Source: Azolla caroliniana (Eukaryota > Plantae > Polypodiophyta). From it: a DNA stretch of 64,000 nucleotides. The position numbers and the translations under genes are program-made. The notes beneath the pieces were generated by a model that searched no databases, had not been told where the DNA came from, and saw nothing but the letters and a program-made list of their open reading frames with translations. The stretch covers positions 11,780,001 to 11,844,000 of the forward strand of contig JBHGNT010000008.1 in assembly GCA_043228905.1 (NCBI GenBank). Reading direction: 5' to 3'. Positions 52,101-62,388 of this stretch are shown one piece after another; position 1 is the first letter of the stretch; every line of letters starts with the position of its first letter.

Positions 52101-55100
52101 GCCACTTCCTTACCAGTCCATACTCTCTGTGGCGTGTCTCCGTCCAAGGGTACTAAGGGTGATTTGTTTATCACATATGTCACCGTCGACAGTGCCTCAG
52201 CCCAAAACTTCTTGGGTAGTTTTGCATGCGCTAGTATACTCCGGACCCTCTCCATTATGGTCTGGTTCATCCTCTTGGCCAGTCCTTTTAGTTCCGGCGT
52301 CTTCGGCACGGTAAATTCGAGCCGGATTCCCCTCGAGCGACAGTACTCCTCGAACTGCCCCCAGTATTCACCTCCGTTATCTGCTCGAACCACCTTTAGC
52401 TTCCGGCCGGTTTCTCTTTCCACTCTCGTGTGGAGCTCTTTGAAGACGGATAACACCTGATCCTTCGTCTTCAACGGTGTGGCCCACAACTTCCGGCTGT
52501 GGTCATCTATGAACGTCACGAAGTACTACGCTCCGGCATGTGACTTCGTGTCTACTTCACACACATCAGTATGCACCAACTCCAGTGGTGCATTACGTCT
52601 CATCGGTGGCCTTGGTCGGAAGGAGGTCCGGTTTTGCTTACCGGCCAGAAAATCAGTGCACTTCTCCAAGTGCACGTTCTTCACTGGAATGAGGTTGTTG
52701 TCTACAAGCCTCTTCATCCCCTTCTCACTCATATGACACAGCCTCTTGTGCCACAGCTCACCGGCAGTGTCGGATGCCACGTTCACTTCTTCTGGACATA
52801 ACCGGGCATTCATCAGGTACAGTGTGTTGACCTTCCGGGGCCCAGCCACAATCGGGCTCCCTTTGCTGAACTTCCTGACACCGTTCCGGATGCTACCCGT
52901 GTAGCCATCATCATCTAGCCGACCGGCTGATATCAGGTTCAGACGAACCTCCGGAACGTGTCGGACATCCTTCAGCAGCAACTTGCATCCAGTTGGTGTT
53001 GTCAGCCACACGTCTCCTATGCTGACAATTTGGCATGTACCTTCATTCCCCATCCAGACATAGTCGTGATCACCGGCTGAGTAGGATGAGAAGCATTTCC
53101 AGTCCGAGGTAAGGTGGAACGACGCTCCGGAGTCTACCACCCAAGTCATCTCGTCGCCGGCAAGGTTTATCTCACTCTCCTCGGTGATGAGCATCAACTC
53201 TTCTTCACTTGCCGCGATTGTCGTCGTCCCCTTCCGGTTCGGCCCCCTCCGGTCTTTACCGTTCCGGTCCGGTGTCCGCTTCGAATCGGTACCGTCGGTT
53301 TCCTTGTATTTCCGGAAATGCCGACAGTTCTTCTAGAAGTGTCCCGGCTTGCCGCAATAGAAGCAAGTAGGCCTCCCCCCTGACTTTGACCGTGTCCCCG
53401 ACTTTTCCCGGTTCTGGCGACTACGGTTTCTTTGTCTTCCGCGTTCCGATTCGGTAAGTAGCGCTTTGGAGTCGGAGCTCATATCTTTATCTTTCCAACG
53501 CGCCTCCTCATCTAGCAAGCTCGACTTTACTCTTGCTAGGGATAACCGCTTTCCTTCCGGCCCGGCGTTGCCCAAAGTGACAACCAACGTCTCCCAGCTA
53601 TCCAGGAGGGAACCGAGCAGGAGTAGCGCAAGTACCTCATCGGCGAGAGGTACTTCCAATGAAGTTGCCTGGTGGATCAGCCCCTGGAAGGCATTCATAT
53701 GCTCTGCCATGCTGGAGCCATCTTGGTACCGGAGTCTTACTAGCTTCTGGAACACCGAAACCTGATTAACAACATTTTTGTTTTGAAACATAATGTCGAT
53801 CTTCTCATAGAGCTCATGACATTGCTCTCTTCATTGAAGTTGTTGTACAGGCTCATGTCGATGAAGCACTGTATGTATGCCGTTGTCTTCATGTGCATCA
53901 CCTCCCATATCGCGGCGTCGATTTTGTCCGGTCTCTTGTCCCCGAACTGAACCGGCAGCCAGAGGTCTTTAACCACGAGCATGTCCCTCATCTTCGACTT
54001 CCACATTGAGTAGTTGGAGCCGGTGAGCTTGAACATGCCGCCAAACGATTCATCCATTTTCTGTGTCATTTCGCTCTGATACCACTTGATGGGAACTAAA
54101 CGCTCCTCATGCACAACGCTCGGCCACAACCGAGCTTAGAATCATACACAGAAAACGGGAAATGAAACGCAACACAAAGAAGAGAAGGGTACACAGGATG
54201 TTTACGTGGAAAACCCAAACTAAGGGAAAAAACCACGGCAGCCCACAAACTGCAAACTATCACTATGTTAGTTTGTACAACAGTGAGTTCACGGAGGCAA
54301 CGACCTCGTGCTAACGATCCTCGCCACAGGCGGCGGTTACAATCAGAGGCAAGGACCTCTTCCTCTCTCTCTTACTCTCTGTACACTGTTACGCACTCTG
54401 ATCTCGCGTAGACAAGAATAACAACAACAGACTACTAAAAGTTTGCCCTAAGTCATATTTATACTAATATGACTTTTCGGCTATTTACAAATATGGCCTC
54501 GATGGACTCTCAGAAACATATTTACGAATATGTCTCTTCATCCGGTGAGCATTCCTCACCGGGTCTGCACCATCCGACTCTCAGTAGTCGGGTACTCCTC
54601 ATCCGATTCTCACCGGGTCTGCACCATCCGGCTCTCCGTAGCCGGGTACTCCTCATCCGGTTCTCACCAGGTCTGCACCATCCGGCTCTCCGTAACTTGA
54701 TACTCCTCATCCGGTTCTCACCAGGTCTGCGCCATCCGGCTCTCCGGCATTGTTCTTCTCCCTTCCCATCCGGAGGGACCTGTCTCCCAACACAAAAGAG
54801 GAAAGAAGTCTCGGGGGATCCGACACTTCGGAAGTCCATGGATATCAGACATGCCTTCACGGATGAGACCCGGAAGAAACTTCGGATCGGTGGAGGTGGG
54901 TTCCTATTAAAGAATGAAGAAGAACGATTCCGTGGGATGTTGGAAGAACATGGGAAAGCATTTGCATTCACATCGAAGGAGATAGGCTGCGTTGATCCGA
55001 AGATAGTGGAGCCGATGGTGATCTTCACGATTGACCATGTGTCGTGTGTTATTCTCTGACCGGACAAGGCCTAACACAAGGTGTCATGGAGACACTTCAC

Positions 55101-55512
55101 CAAAGGGTGATTACGGCATAGGATTAAGATTCAACGATTACACCAACTTACGTAGGTTACACGATTAGAATGCTTTGGTTAATTACACGCGTAAGATATA
55201 ACAGTAATTACAGAACGGAAATCAATACAGAAGTATAAACACCGTATGCTCTATTAATTATCCGCTGTGATTAAAATGGGGTCCGGGCCTTTAAATAGGT
55301 TTCCGGCCCGTAGTACAAAACGGTGCCTCTCGCACCTATTCGGGATCCGTCCGGATCTGGAACGGCATACCGTTTCCAGTCCGTCCGTCCACACTATGCT
55401 TATTACAACCATACTTAATTCCTTCACTCCGTATTTTGGACTCCTTGCCGGCCGGTAACACATGGCACGCCCGTGGGACAGTACCTTGTACGTCGAACCC
55501 TTCTTGGCCCCT

Positions 55513-58452
55513 TCATTGTTCACCCAAATTGTCCAAATTACTTTGTTCCAGAATTTCCACTTGTTCTTCCGGTTGTGGTTGCTGCAGTTGTGCTTGCTGC
55601 TGCTGCTGTGGTTGCGGTTGGGACTGAGGCTGCTCCGGCTGCTCTGCTTGCTGCTGCTGCTCCGTTTGTTTCTCTGACTCCGGCTGCTCCGTTTGTCTCT
55701 CTGACTCCGGCATCTTCGTTTGACTGCTTCCGGTCCGGTCTCCTTCCAGTAACGGTTCCTCATCACTGAGGTTGACCGTAACCGGTTCTCGTTCTTTCTC
55801 TCCCCGGATCCGGGACCTCTCGTAGCTTTCAAACTGGATCTGCGCCTCCAGCCTGTCATCGTCCAGCTGAGCTACAAGTTGTCGGACTTGCCCTAGTTGG
55901 TCGTCTGCCAAGGCTTGAAAGTCTTCGGCAAGCTCATCTCTTATGCCGGTGAAGTCTTCGGAAGTCAGCATATAGCAATCATCTCCCTCCTTCCGCCGAT
56001 TCTCTACGTCGGCCCGGAGCAGTTGGAGTTCCGCCGCGTTCGTGGCCCACTTGGTCCACCATTTGACGGAGCCGTTGTCAATCAAGCTCTTGGTCTGGTT
56101 CAACCAGGCCCGCATGATATCCTGGATGCGACTTGCTCCCATTTGCGCTCTGCTTTCCACCACTTGTCGCTCCTCCTTCAACTGCTTGATGAGATTCGCC
56201 GTATCCTCCGCCTGCTCTCTGCAGCGCGTCAGCTGCCCTTGATATGTTGTCTGCAGCCTCTGCAGTACCTCCGCCGCTCTTTCTTTCTCCGCCTGCTGTT
56301 GCCTGAGGAGCTCTGTCCGAACCTTCTCCGCCTCTTCCAACCGTCTTCTGGTTTCCGCTTGTTCCTTGGCGAATGTGGTTGCGGTCCGATCAACTGCTTG
56401 CCGGAACTCATCCGTCCATTCCTTGTGCTCCGTTTGCAACCGTTTATACTCCCGGTGCAAGTTCTCAAATTCCTCTGTTTTTTGTTTGAGCTTGCCGTTG
56501 ATCTGGCGATGGTTCCGGTCCTCCCGGTCCTTTACCTGCCGGAGTTCCTCTTTCAGGCGCTCTACTTCTGTTTCGGCGTTCCTCCGGAGCCTGTCCTTCT
56601 CTTGCAGCATTTTCTCCTTCTCCTCCTTGAGCCGGTCGTACGCTTGGTGGCCTTTCCGTAAGCTCTCCTCCGCCCGGCGTAGGTTCTCAGCAGTCTTTTT
56701 GAGTTCTGCCTCCGCTGTCGTCTTCAATTCTCTTTCGCGGCTCCTCAGCGCTTCTTGGGCAGCTAGCTCATCCTTTAAATCCGCAAGCTCTTGGGCTTGT
56801 GCCGCATTTCTCTCCGGAACGGTTTCCGTTGCCGGGGTCTGATTGCTATGTACAGGTTGATCTGACGCCTTATTCTGTACATTGCCCGGAGTCACCGGTG
56901 CTTGGACTTGTGTTGTCAACGCGAATTGAGCCATTTCCCTTGTGACCCTGTCCAAGTCTTGTTCAAGGCTCCGGATTCTGGACCGGGCCGTCTCCAGATC
57001 TACGGTTGTGACGAGCAACCGTTCGTGGTGCGCTCTCTCCTCCGCCTCTATGTACTCGACCACTCCGGCGATTTGCTCGCCTACCCACCGTAGCCACATG
57101 CTACTGGTGCCTTGCTGCTGTACTGGTCCTACTCCTTGGCCGCCGTGTGTGCTGGCTGGGCTCGCCGGCTGTTGCGTTCCGGTTCTCGCCGTCTCCGGAG
57201 CCGTTGGAATGACTTCTTCTATAGAAGTCGACAAGGCCGGTTCCCTACGCACCGGTTCCGGTTCCTCCCTTGTGGTTTGCTCAGGTTGAGTTGGGGGCGT
57301 TTCTTCCTCTTGCGGGTACGAACGCTCCCCCGCTGTCCCGGCGGTCCTACTTCTTGACCGTCGTTGGAGGTGCTCTTCTGGCTCCTCCGTTTCCTCTTCT
57401 TGGGTAACGGCCTGTTTCTGTGCCGTCAAGGGTTCCGGTTCCTTCTGTCCCGGTCGCCGTATGGTTATCTTAACGGGTCGGACCGGTGACACCTCCTCCG
57501 GTTCTGGGACCCGTTTCTTCCCTTTCGTCGCCTTCGACGCCAGCAGCTGCTGTCGTTTGGACGCCGGCTTCGAGGTGCTTCCTTCCGATACTCTTGGCCG
57601 CTTCTTTGGCTGAACGGTCTCGACCGGCGGCACGAGCAATGTTATCCACTGAGCTATGGCATGCCACAGCTTCCGGCCCTCCTTGCCGTCCTTTCCTCGT
57701 ACCATGTCGATTGCCACGCACAAACCGTCTGCAATCAACACCGGCCAATCCACCTTGGTCCCTTCATAGGTGGCTATGATCATCCCTGCCCGATTTTTTG
57801 GCATGACAGGGGGTCGGGGGTACACGTGGCCGTACTCATGGAGCACTCGAGCTATCTCCCTGAATAGCGGATCTTCGCCGCCCTGCGTTCGATAGCCTTT
57901 GCCGGCAACAGAGTACTCACCGAAATATCGGATGAGTTGCTCCGGTGTTGGGTTATCGATCTGAAAGATACCTCCCTCCGGAAGGCCTGTTAGCGCACGG
58001 ATCGCTTCCTCGGTGATGACTTCTGTGTCGAGCTCCTTGATGACCCGGTCGGCTTCTCTGTGCGGTGGTGCCTCCATGATGGCCAAGAACCCCTCCAGTC
58101 CGTGTTGCCTGAACCATTTCCTGGCCGCTTCCGACAGCGTTTGTGGTTCCATGTCTGCTTCGAGGTCGAGGGAAGATGGCGAGGTAGAGTGGTGATGAGA
58201 GTGAGAGCGAGAGAGAGAGCGTTCCGAACGTGGAGGTTCTCTGAGTGCAAGTTCGTGTTTGGTAAGCTTCCACCGCCTTGGTGCTTCTGTGCTTCTTGGC
58301 TCGCGAAATGAAAAGGTCTCCATGCGTTCTGCTTCTTCTTTGTGCGTTTTGGCGCCTTTTTCGAGCATGCACACGTCGTGTACCAATTTAGTATTAAGTA
58401 GCGTGGCGGCTCTTAAATGCCCACTTCGTACCTTTTCGCTCCTTGCTTTCAC
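55513..58452 (-). CDS. Retrotransposon extra ORF (up to 979 codons): N-terminal globular domain, long E/K/R/Q coiled coil, Q-rich tail; function unknown
   Basis: Uninterrupted 2.9-kb sense ORF between integrase and the 3' LTR. The listed start is GTG; the first ATG is ~28 codons in. Confidence 0.82.
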   Translation of the reverse strand: MKARSEKVRSGHLRAATLLNTKLVHDVCMLEKGAKTHKEEAERMETFSFREPRSTEAPRRWKLTKHELALREPPRSERSLSRSHSHHHSTSPSSLDLEADMEPQTLSEAARKWFRQHGLEGFLAIMEAPPHREADRVIKELDTEVITEEAIRALTGLPEGGIFQIDNPTPEQLIRYFGEYSVAGKGYRTQGGEDPLFREIARVLHEYGHVYPRPPVMPKNRAGMIIATYEGTKVDWPVLIADGLCVAIDMVRGKDGKEGRKLWHAIAQWITLLVPPVETVQPKKRPRVSEGSTSKPASKRQQLLASKATKGKKRVPEPEEVSPVRPVKITIRRPGQKEPEPLTAQKQAVTQEEETEEPEEHLQRRSRSRTAGTAGERSYPQEEETPPTQPEQTTREEPEPVRREPALSTSIEEVIPTAPETARTGTQQPASPASTHGGQGVGPVQQQGTSSMWLRWVGEQIAGVVEYIEAEERAHHERLLVTTVDLETARSRIRSLEQDLDRVTREMAQFALTTQVQAPVTPGNVQNKASDQPVHSNQTPATETVPERNAAQAQELADLKDELAAQEALRSRERELKTTAEAELKKTAENLRRAEESLRKGHQAYDRLKEEKEKMLQEKDRLRRNAETEVERLKEELRQVKDREDRNHRQINGKLKQKTEEFENLHREYKRLQTEHKEWTDEFRQAVDRTATTFAKEQAETRRRLEEAEKVRTELLRQQQAEKERAAEVLQRLQTTYQGQLTRCREQAEDTANLIKQLKEERQVVESRAQMGASRIQDIMRAWLNQTKSLIDNGSVKWWTKWATNAAELQLLRADVENRRKEGDDCYMLTSEDFTGIRDELAEDFQALADDQLGQVRQLVAQLDDDRLEAQIQFESYERSRIRGEKEREPVTVNLSDEEPLLEGDRTGSSQTKMPESERQTEQPESEKQTEQQQQAEQPEQPQSQPQPQQQQQAQLQQPQPEEQVEILEQSNLDNLGEQ

Positions 58453-58556
58453 GTCCGTTCACACCTCGATTTTTAATGATTTCCTTCTTTTTTTTTTCTT
58501 TTTTTTCTTTTTTTTTTATTTTTTTATTTTTTTATTTTTAATGACGGTATGTGACC

Positions 58557-59466
58557 TTACACATCCGTAGGTCCCTTCGGACCCTTACCGTTTTCCTTAC
58601 GGGTTGTCGTGTCTTCCTTCACCTCTGTTACGGGTTCCCCGTTCTCTTTTTCTTCCATCCGTAACGTTCCCGGTATAGTGCCGGTGGTCTGCATAAACGG
58701 GTTCTTTGGCATCGGTCCTTTATAGGGCTTTAGTCTAAATCCGTTCACCCACTTGCCTAGTACTTCACCGGCAAGTGTCCCTATCTGATAGGACCCGTTG
58801 TATTCCCGTGTCAGCCAATACGGGCCCGTCCATCTGAACCGGAGTTTACCCGGCATTTTACCCATCCTCGTTTGGAATACTAGCACCGGCTTTCCGATTT
58901 CGAACATCTTTTCATTACCTTTCCGGTGACGGTCAACGAACACTTTCCGTCGTCGTTGCTCCAGTTCCATGTGTAGGATGCTGGCCAACCGTTGCTCCTC
59001 CAGTTCGCATAGTGCTGCTAGCCGCATTTCCTCCGACTTCTTTTCATTCAACCGTTCCCGTAGTTGGATCCGTAAGCTTGGTACCTGAAATTCCACCGGC
59101 ATGACCGCTTCTAAGCCGAATGCTAACCGGAACGGCGTTGTCCGGATACTTGTTTTGTATGCCGTTCGGTACGCCCATAGCGCGCTATGGAGCTTTGTAT
59201 CCCAGTCCGTCCGGTTTTCATTGACGATTTTGCGGAGAATGTTCTGCAGCGTTTTGTTGGTGGACTCTGCTAACCCGTTCGCTTGTGGGTAGTACGGTGT
59301 GCTCCGTTTATGGACCACGGCATAGAACGTTGTTAAGCTTTCCACTACCTGGCCGAGGAAGTGCCCTCCTTGGTCGCTGATTAATTCAATCGGACATCCA
59401 TATCGGCACCAAATGTTCTCGTACAGGAATTTTGCTGTGGATGACGCGGTGTTGTCTTTCAGGGCC
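58557..59466 (-). pseudogene. C-terminal part of integrase
   Basis: RYGCPIELISDQGGHF, STPYYPQANGLAE, GKLRFRWTGPY...VNGFRLKPY. The N-terminus is missing. Confidence 0.88.
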
Positions 59467-62388
59467 TTAGCTTCCTAGGTTCACTTCGTCGAGCTGGGAT
59501 GCCTTTACCCGTTGGGAAACGGCCATTTCCCGTTCCAACGCTTCCTGTGCTTGCCGTAATTCCCGAATCGCATCTTTGTCTGGTTCGGCTTCGGTTTCGT
59601 CCCGCTGCGGCAAGTATGGCGCTACGGCTTCAGCCACGTCTATCTCGAAGAGTGGTACGATCTTCGGGTGTTCCTCCAAGTACTGGGCTTCTTCGTCGTC
59701 TGCCAACCCTTCCAGCATGTTCACGCATTCCGCATATAGCGGTGTGCATTCCTTACCGTTGCTCGTCCGTGGTTGTGTCGGAACCCGGACCTTGGCTTTT
59801 CCGCGCCGGAAGGTAATCATATTTTTCCGCCAATTTTGCTTGATGTGTGCTGTTTTCAACCATGGTCTGCCCAGCAACAGTGGATACGCGCCTTGCGCCT
59901 GTAGCTGCAACACTACAGCCGAGATGTGAAATGTGTGACCTCCTATGGTGACCTCCAATTTCCGTATTAAGCCCGTCGGCCGTACAGAGCTCGTATCCGC
60001 CATCCGTAGCCAGAACGGACATGGCTCCCATTCATGTATACCCAAGGCATCACACGTGCGGAGGCTTATTACGTTCACTCCGGAACCTCCATCGATTACG
60101 GTGCCGGGAAGTTCGTGCCCTTTGACAATAGCTGTAATCACCGGACTACTAGTGTCCACCACCGTCGGTCCCTCCTCCGGATTCGAGAAAAGGACTGGTG
60201 CCGGTGGGGCTATACCGTCTGTCATGACCGTTTTTAGCCCTTCCGTAAATCGCGGCACGAGCTGTAAGAGTCTTCCTAATGGCAACGTCATCTGACATTC
60301 TTGCAGTGCTTGCCAGGTCTCGTTTTCTGGGTGGCCAGCGCCGACACTCCCTATGGTATTCACCTTTTGCTGTTCCGCGTCCGCGACGTTCCTTTCATTG
60401 GCTTCCTTCACCCATTCCGTCGCCTGTTTCCGTATGGCCTCTTGTGTTTCCCACTCCTTGGCCATGCCTTTCGACCGTGTGGTTACTTGCTGTATATCCG
60501 CCACTTCCGGAACTACCATATTAACTGCTGGTCGTTTCTCGTAGCTCTTTACCGGGCACTGGTTACTGTAGTGGCCTTCCTGCCTGCAGTAATAGCAGTA
60601 CTCTTTACGGTTATTGCTGGATTCAGCTTTGCTGGTATCCGGAGTCGGTCCCGTAGTGAGTGGTGCGTTCTGTGCCGGTTGGCTCCTTGGGGTTCCCTGT
60701 TCCAGGTCCCTAGTGTGACCACCTTTCTTGAAATTGCGTTTCTTATTATTCTTATTTTTATTTCGGTAGTCCGGTCGTGGTGGATCGTAAAATCGGCCGT
60801 AGTCCTCCTGGTGCCTTTGGTAACCAGGGGAATGGTCTCTGTCGTATTGCTCATGTCGTCTGTTGGGCTCCCGATAACGGTCCGATCGCTCATACCGGTC
60901 GTAGTTATCACGCCGATTCCCGTACCGACCATCATTCTCTTGCCTGTCTCCGTACCGGACGTCCTGTGCCGGTGGGTACCGGTTCATTCTTTGCCAACGA
61001 TCGTCATCTTCGTCTCGGCTGCTTCTTGGCTCGATCCGTCGGACGGGTGGTGCTTGTCGGTTTAACAGGTTATACTCGCACCGGTCCGTTGTATGACTCT
61101 TGGATTGACAAATCACACACTGGGTTCGCATGGTGCAATCCACTGTCGAGTGTCCGGCATTCAAGCAGATTGTGCATTGAATTGCCTGCCGGAACCGGAG
61201 ATCTTCATCTGTGGGTAACGCCCGTTGCAGTGCTCCCAGTGTAAGCCATGAGCTTGACTTTTCCATTTCTCTGACCCGGTCAATGACCTGGTCGATGGTG
61301 CATCCTCGAAAGTCGATCACCGTACACACCGTGCGTAACGGTTCCCGGAGTGCGTTTAAAAATATCGTCCGTAATTCCTCCTCCGGGGGTGCACGGGCAA
61401 GCTGGCTATGCATTCGTTGGAAACGGATGACGAATTGGGGAATGCTTTCCCCTGCCTCCTGTCGGATCGTATAAAACAGGCCCACCATTGTCATCTGGTC
61501 GACCTCCTTGTGGAAAAAATGCAAGAATTTTGCTTTTAATTCTGCAAAGGTTGTTATGGTCGCCGGGTCCTGCGTCCGCCGCCATCGTGTCGCTGGTCCC
61601 TCCAACGTGACTCCGAATTCCGCTATCTTCGAGCGTTCTTCTTCTTCCGGTGTCATTCGCTGGGACGTGTGATTTGCTTCCCATGTCTGCTCGAAGTCAT
61701 GAACATGCGCTTCCGCGTCCGGATCATCGCGATACTTTGAGTATTGGAACGGCATGTCGTCATCCAGTATTAGGCCGCGGTTTAGTGGCGTTTGTTGATA
61801 TCTTTCCGGTTTTCTCTCCGGCTCCCCTTCCGATTCTTTTGTCGGTGCTTTTTCCGGTTCTTTTTTCGGTTCCTTCACCGGCTCTTCTTCCGGTACCTTT
61901 GCCGGCTCTTTCGTTGGTGTCGGTGGCTTTGCTTCTTCCACTTCCGGTGTTGGGGGGTTGACGGCTTCCGTTTGCGGTTCCGGATAGCCCTGGTTGAGCA
62001 GTTCCGGTTCTGGAGTCGGCACGGTATCCGACCCGTCGTCCTCCGGGCCGCCGAGGGTATCGTTGCTGCTCCGGTAGTTCGTGTGCACGCTGTATCCCCC
62101 TTCGGAATCCGATTCGTAGGCTGAAAAGGCTTCTGCCTCGTTTTCTCCGCTTGCCAGCGCCTCGAGGAGGCGTTCGGTTTCCCGGAGACTACTTAGACTG
62201 CTTCCGTCGTCCTGGTCGCGAGTTTGCCGTAACCGAAGAGATTCCTCCGCGACTCTCCGGATCTCGTTGGAGAACGAACGATCCGAGCGAATTTCGTTCG
62301 CTGCTTGCTGGAAAGTCTCACGCCGTCTTTGCCGTTCGGCGAGGCGTCGAGCTCGGTCTGTAACCAGGTCGTGCGTTGGTCTAGTCAT
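59467..62388 (-). CDS. Gag-protease, 973 aa (three CCHC knuckles, VIDGGSGVNV), ended by the deletion junction
   Basis: Retrotransposon-gag-like core, CTICLNAGHSTVDC, CVICQSKSHTTDRC, CYYCRQEGHYSNQC, aspartic protease. Ends LDEVNLGS* where RT should begin. Confidence 0.9.
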   Translation of the reverse strand: MTRPTHDLVTDRARRLAERQRRRETFQQAANEIRSDRSFSNEIRRVAEESLRLRQTRDQDDGSSLSSLRETERLLEALASGENEAEAFSAYESDSEGGYSVHTNYRSSNDTLGGPEDDGSDTVPTPEPELLNQGYPEPQTEAVNPPTPEVEEAKPPTPTKEPAKVPEEEPVKEPKKEPEKAPTKESEGEPERKPERYQQTPLNRGLILDDDMPFQYSKYRDDPDAEAHVHDFEQTWEANHTSQRMTPEEEERSKIAEFGVTLEGPATRWRRTQDPATITTFAELKAKFLHFFHKEVDQMTMVGLFYTIRQEAGESIPQFVIRFQRMHSQLARAPPEEELRTIFLNALREPLRTVCTVIDFRGCTIDQVIDRVREMEKSSSWLTLGALQRALPTDEDLRFRQAIQCTICLNAGHSTVDCTMRTQCVICQSKSHTTDRCEYNLLNRQAPPVRRIEPRSSRDEDDDRWQRMNRYPPAQDVRYGDRQENDGRYGNRRDNYDRYERSDRYREPNRRHEQYDRDHSPGYQRHQEDYGRFYDPPRPDYRNKNKNNKKRNFKKGGHTRDLEQGTPRSQPAQNAPLTTGPTPDTSKAESSNNRKEYCYYCRQEGHYSNQCPVKSYEKRPAVNMVVPEVADIQQVTTRSKGMAKEWETQEAIRKQATEWVKEANERNVADAEQQKVNTIGSVGAGHPENETWQALQECQMTLPLGRLLQLVPRFTEGLKTVMTDGIAPPAPVLFSNPEEGPTVVDTSSPVITAIVKGHELPGTVIDGGSGVNVISLRTCDALGIHEWEPCPFWLRMADTSSVRPTGLIRKLEVTIGGHTFHISAVVLQLQAQGAYPLLLGRPWLKTAHIKQNWRKNMITFRRGKAKVRVPTQPRTSNGKECTPLYAECVNMLEGLADDEEAQYLEEHPKIVPLFEIDVAEAVAPYLPQRDETEAEPDKDAIRELRQAQEALEREMAVSQRVKASQLDEVNLGS

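Larger units (their letters stand above)
44171..54792 (-). mobile_element. Degenerate Tork-like copia (C); 5' LTR 54087-54792; 3' LTR split 44171-44523 plus 50284-50530
   Basis: TSD CAAAA (44166-44170 / 54793-54797), PBS-Met 54073-54084, PPT 50531-50541, pol ORF fragments 50541-53197, and a deletion of ~0.5 kb near 51815. Confidence 0.92.

Noticed and set aside
55513-58452. Host SMC/myosin-like gene or a true env gene
   Set aside because: It lies between paired LTRs, has no introns or ATPase motifs, and shows no evident signal peptide or transmembrane anchor.
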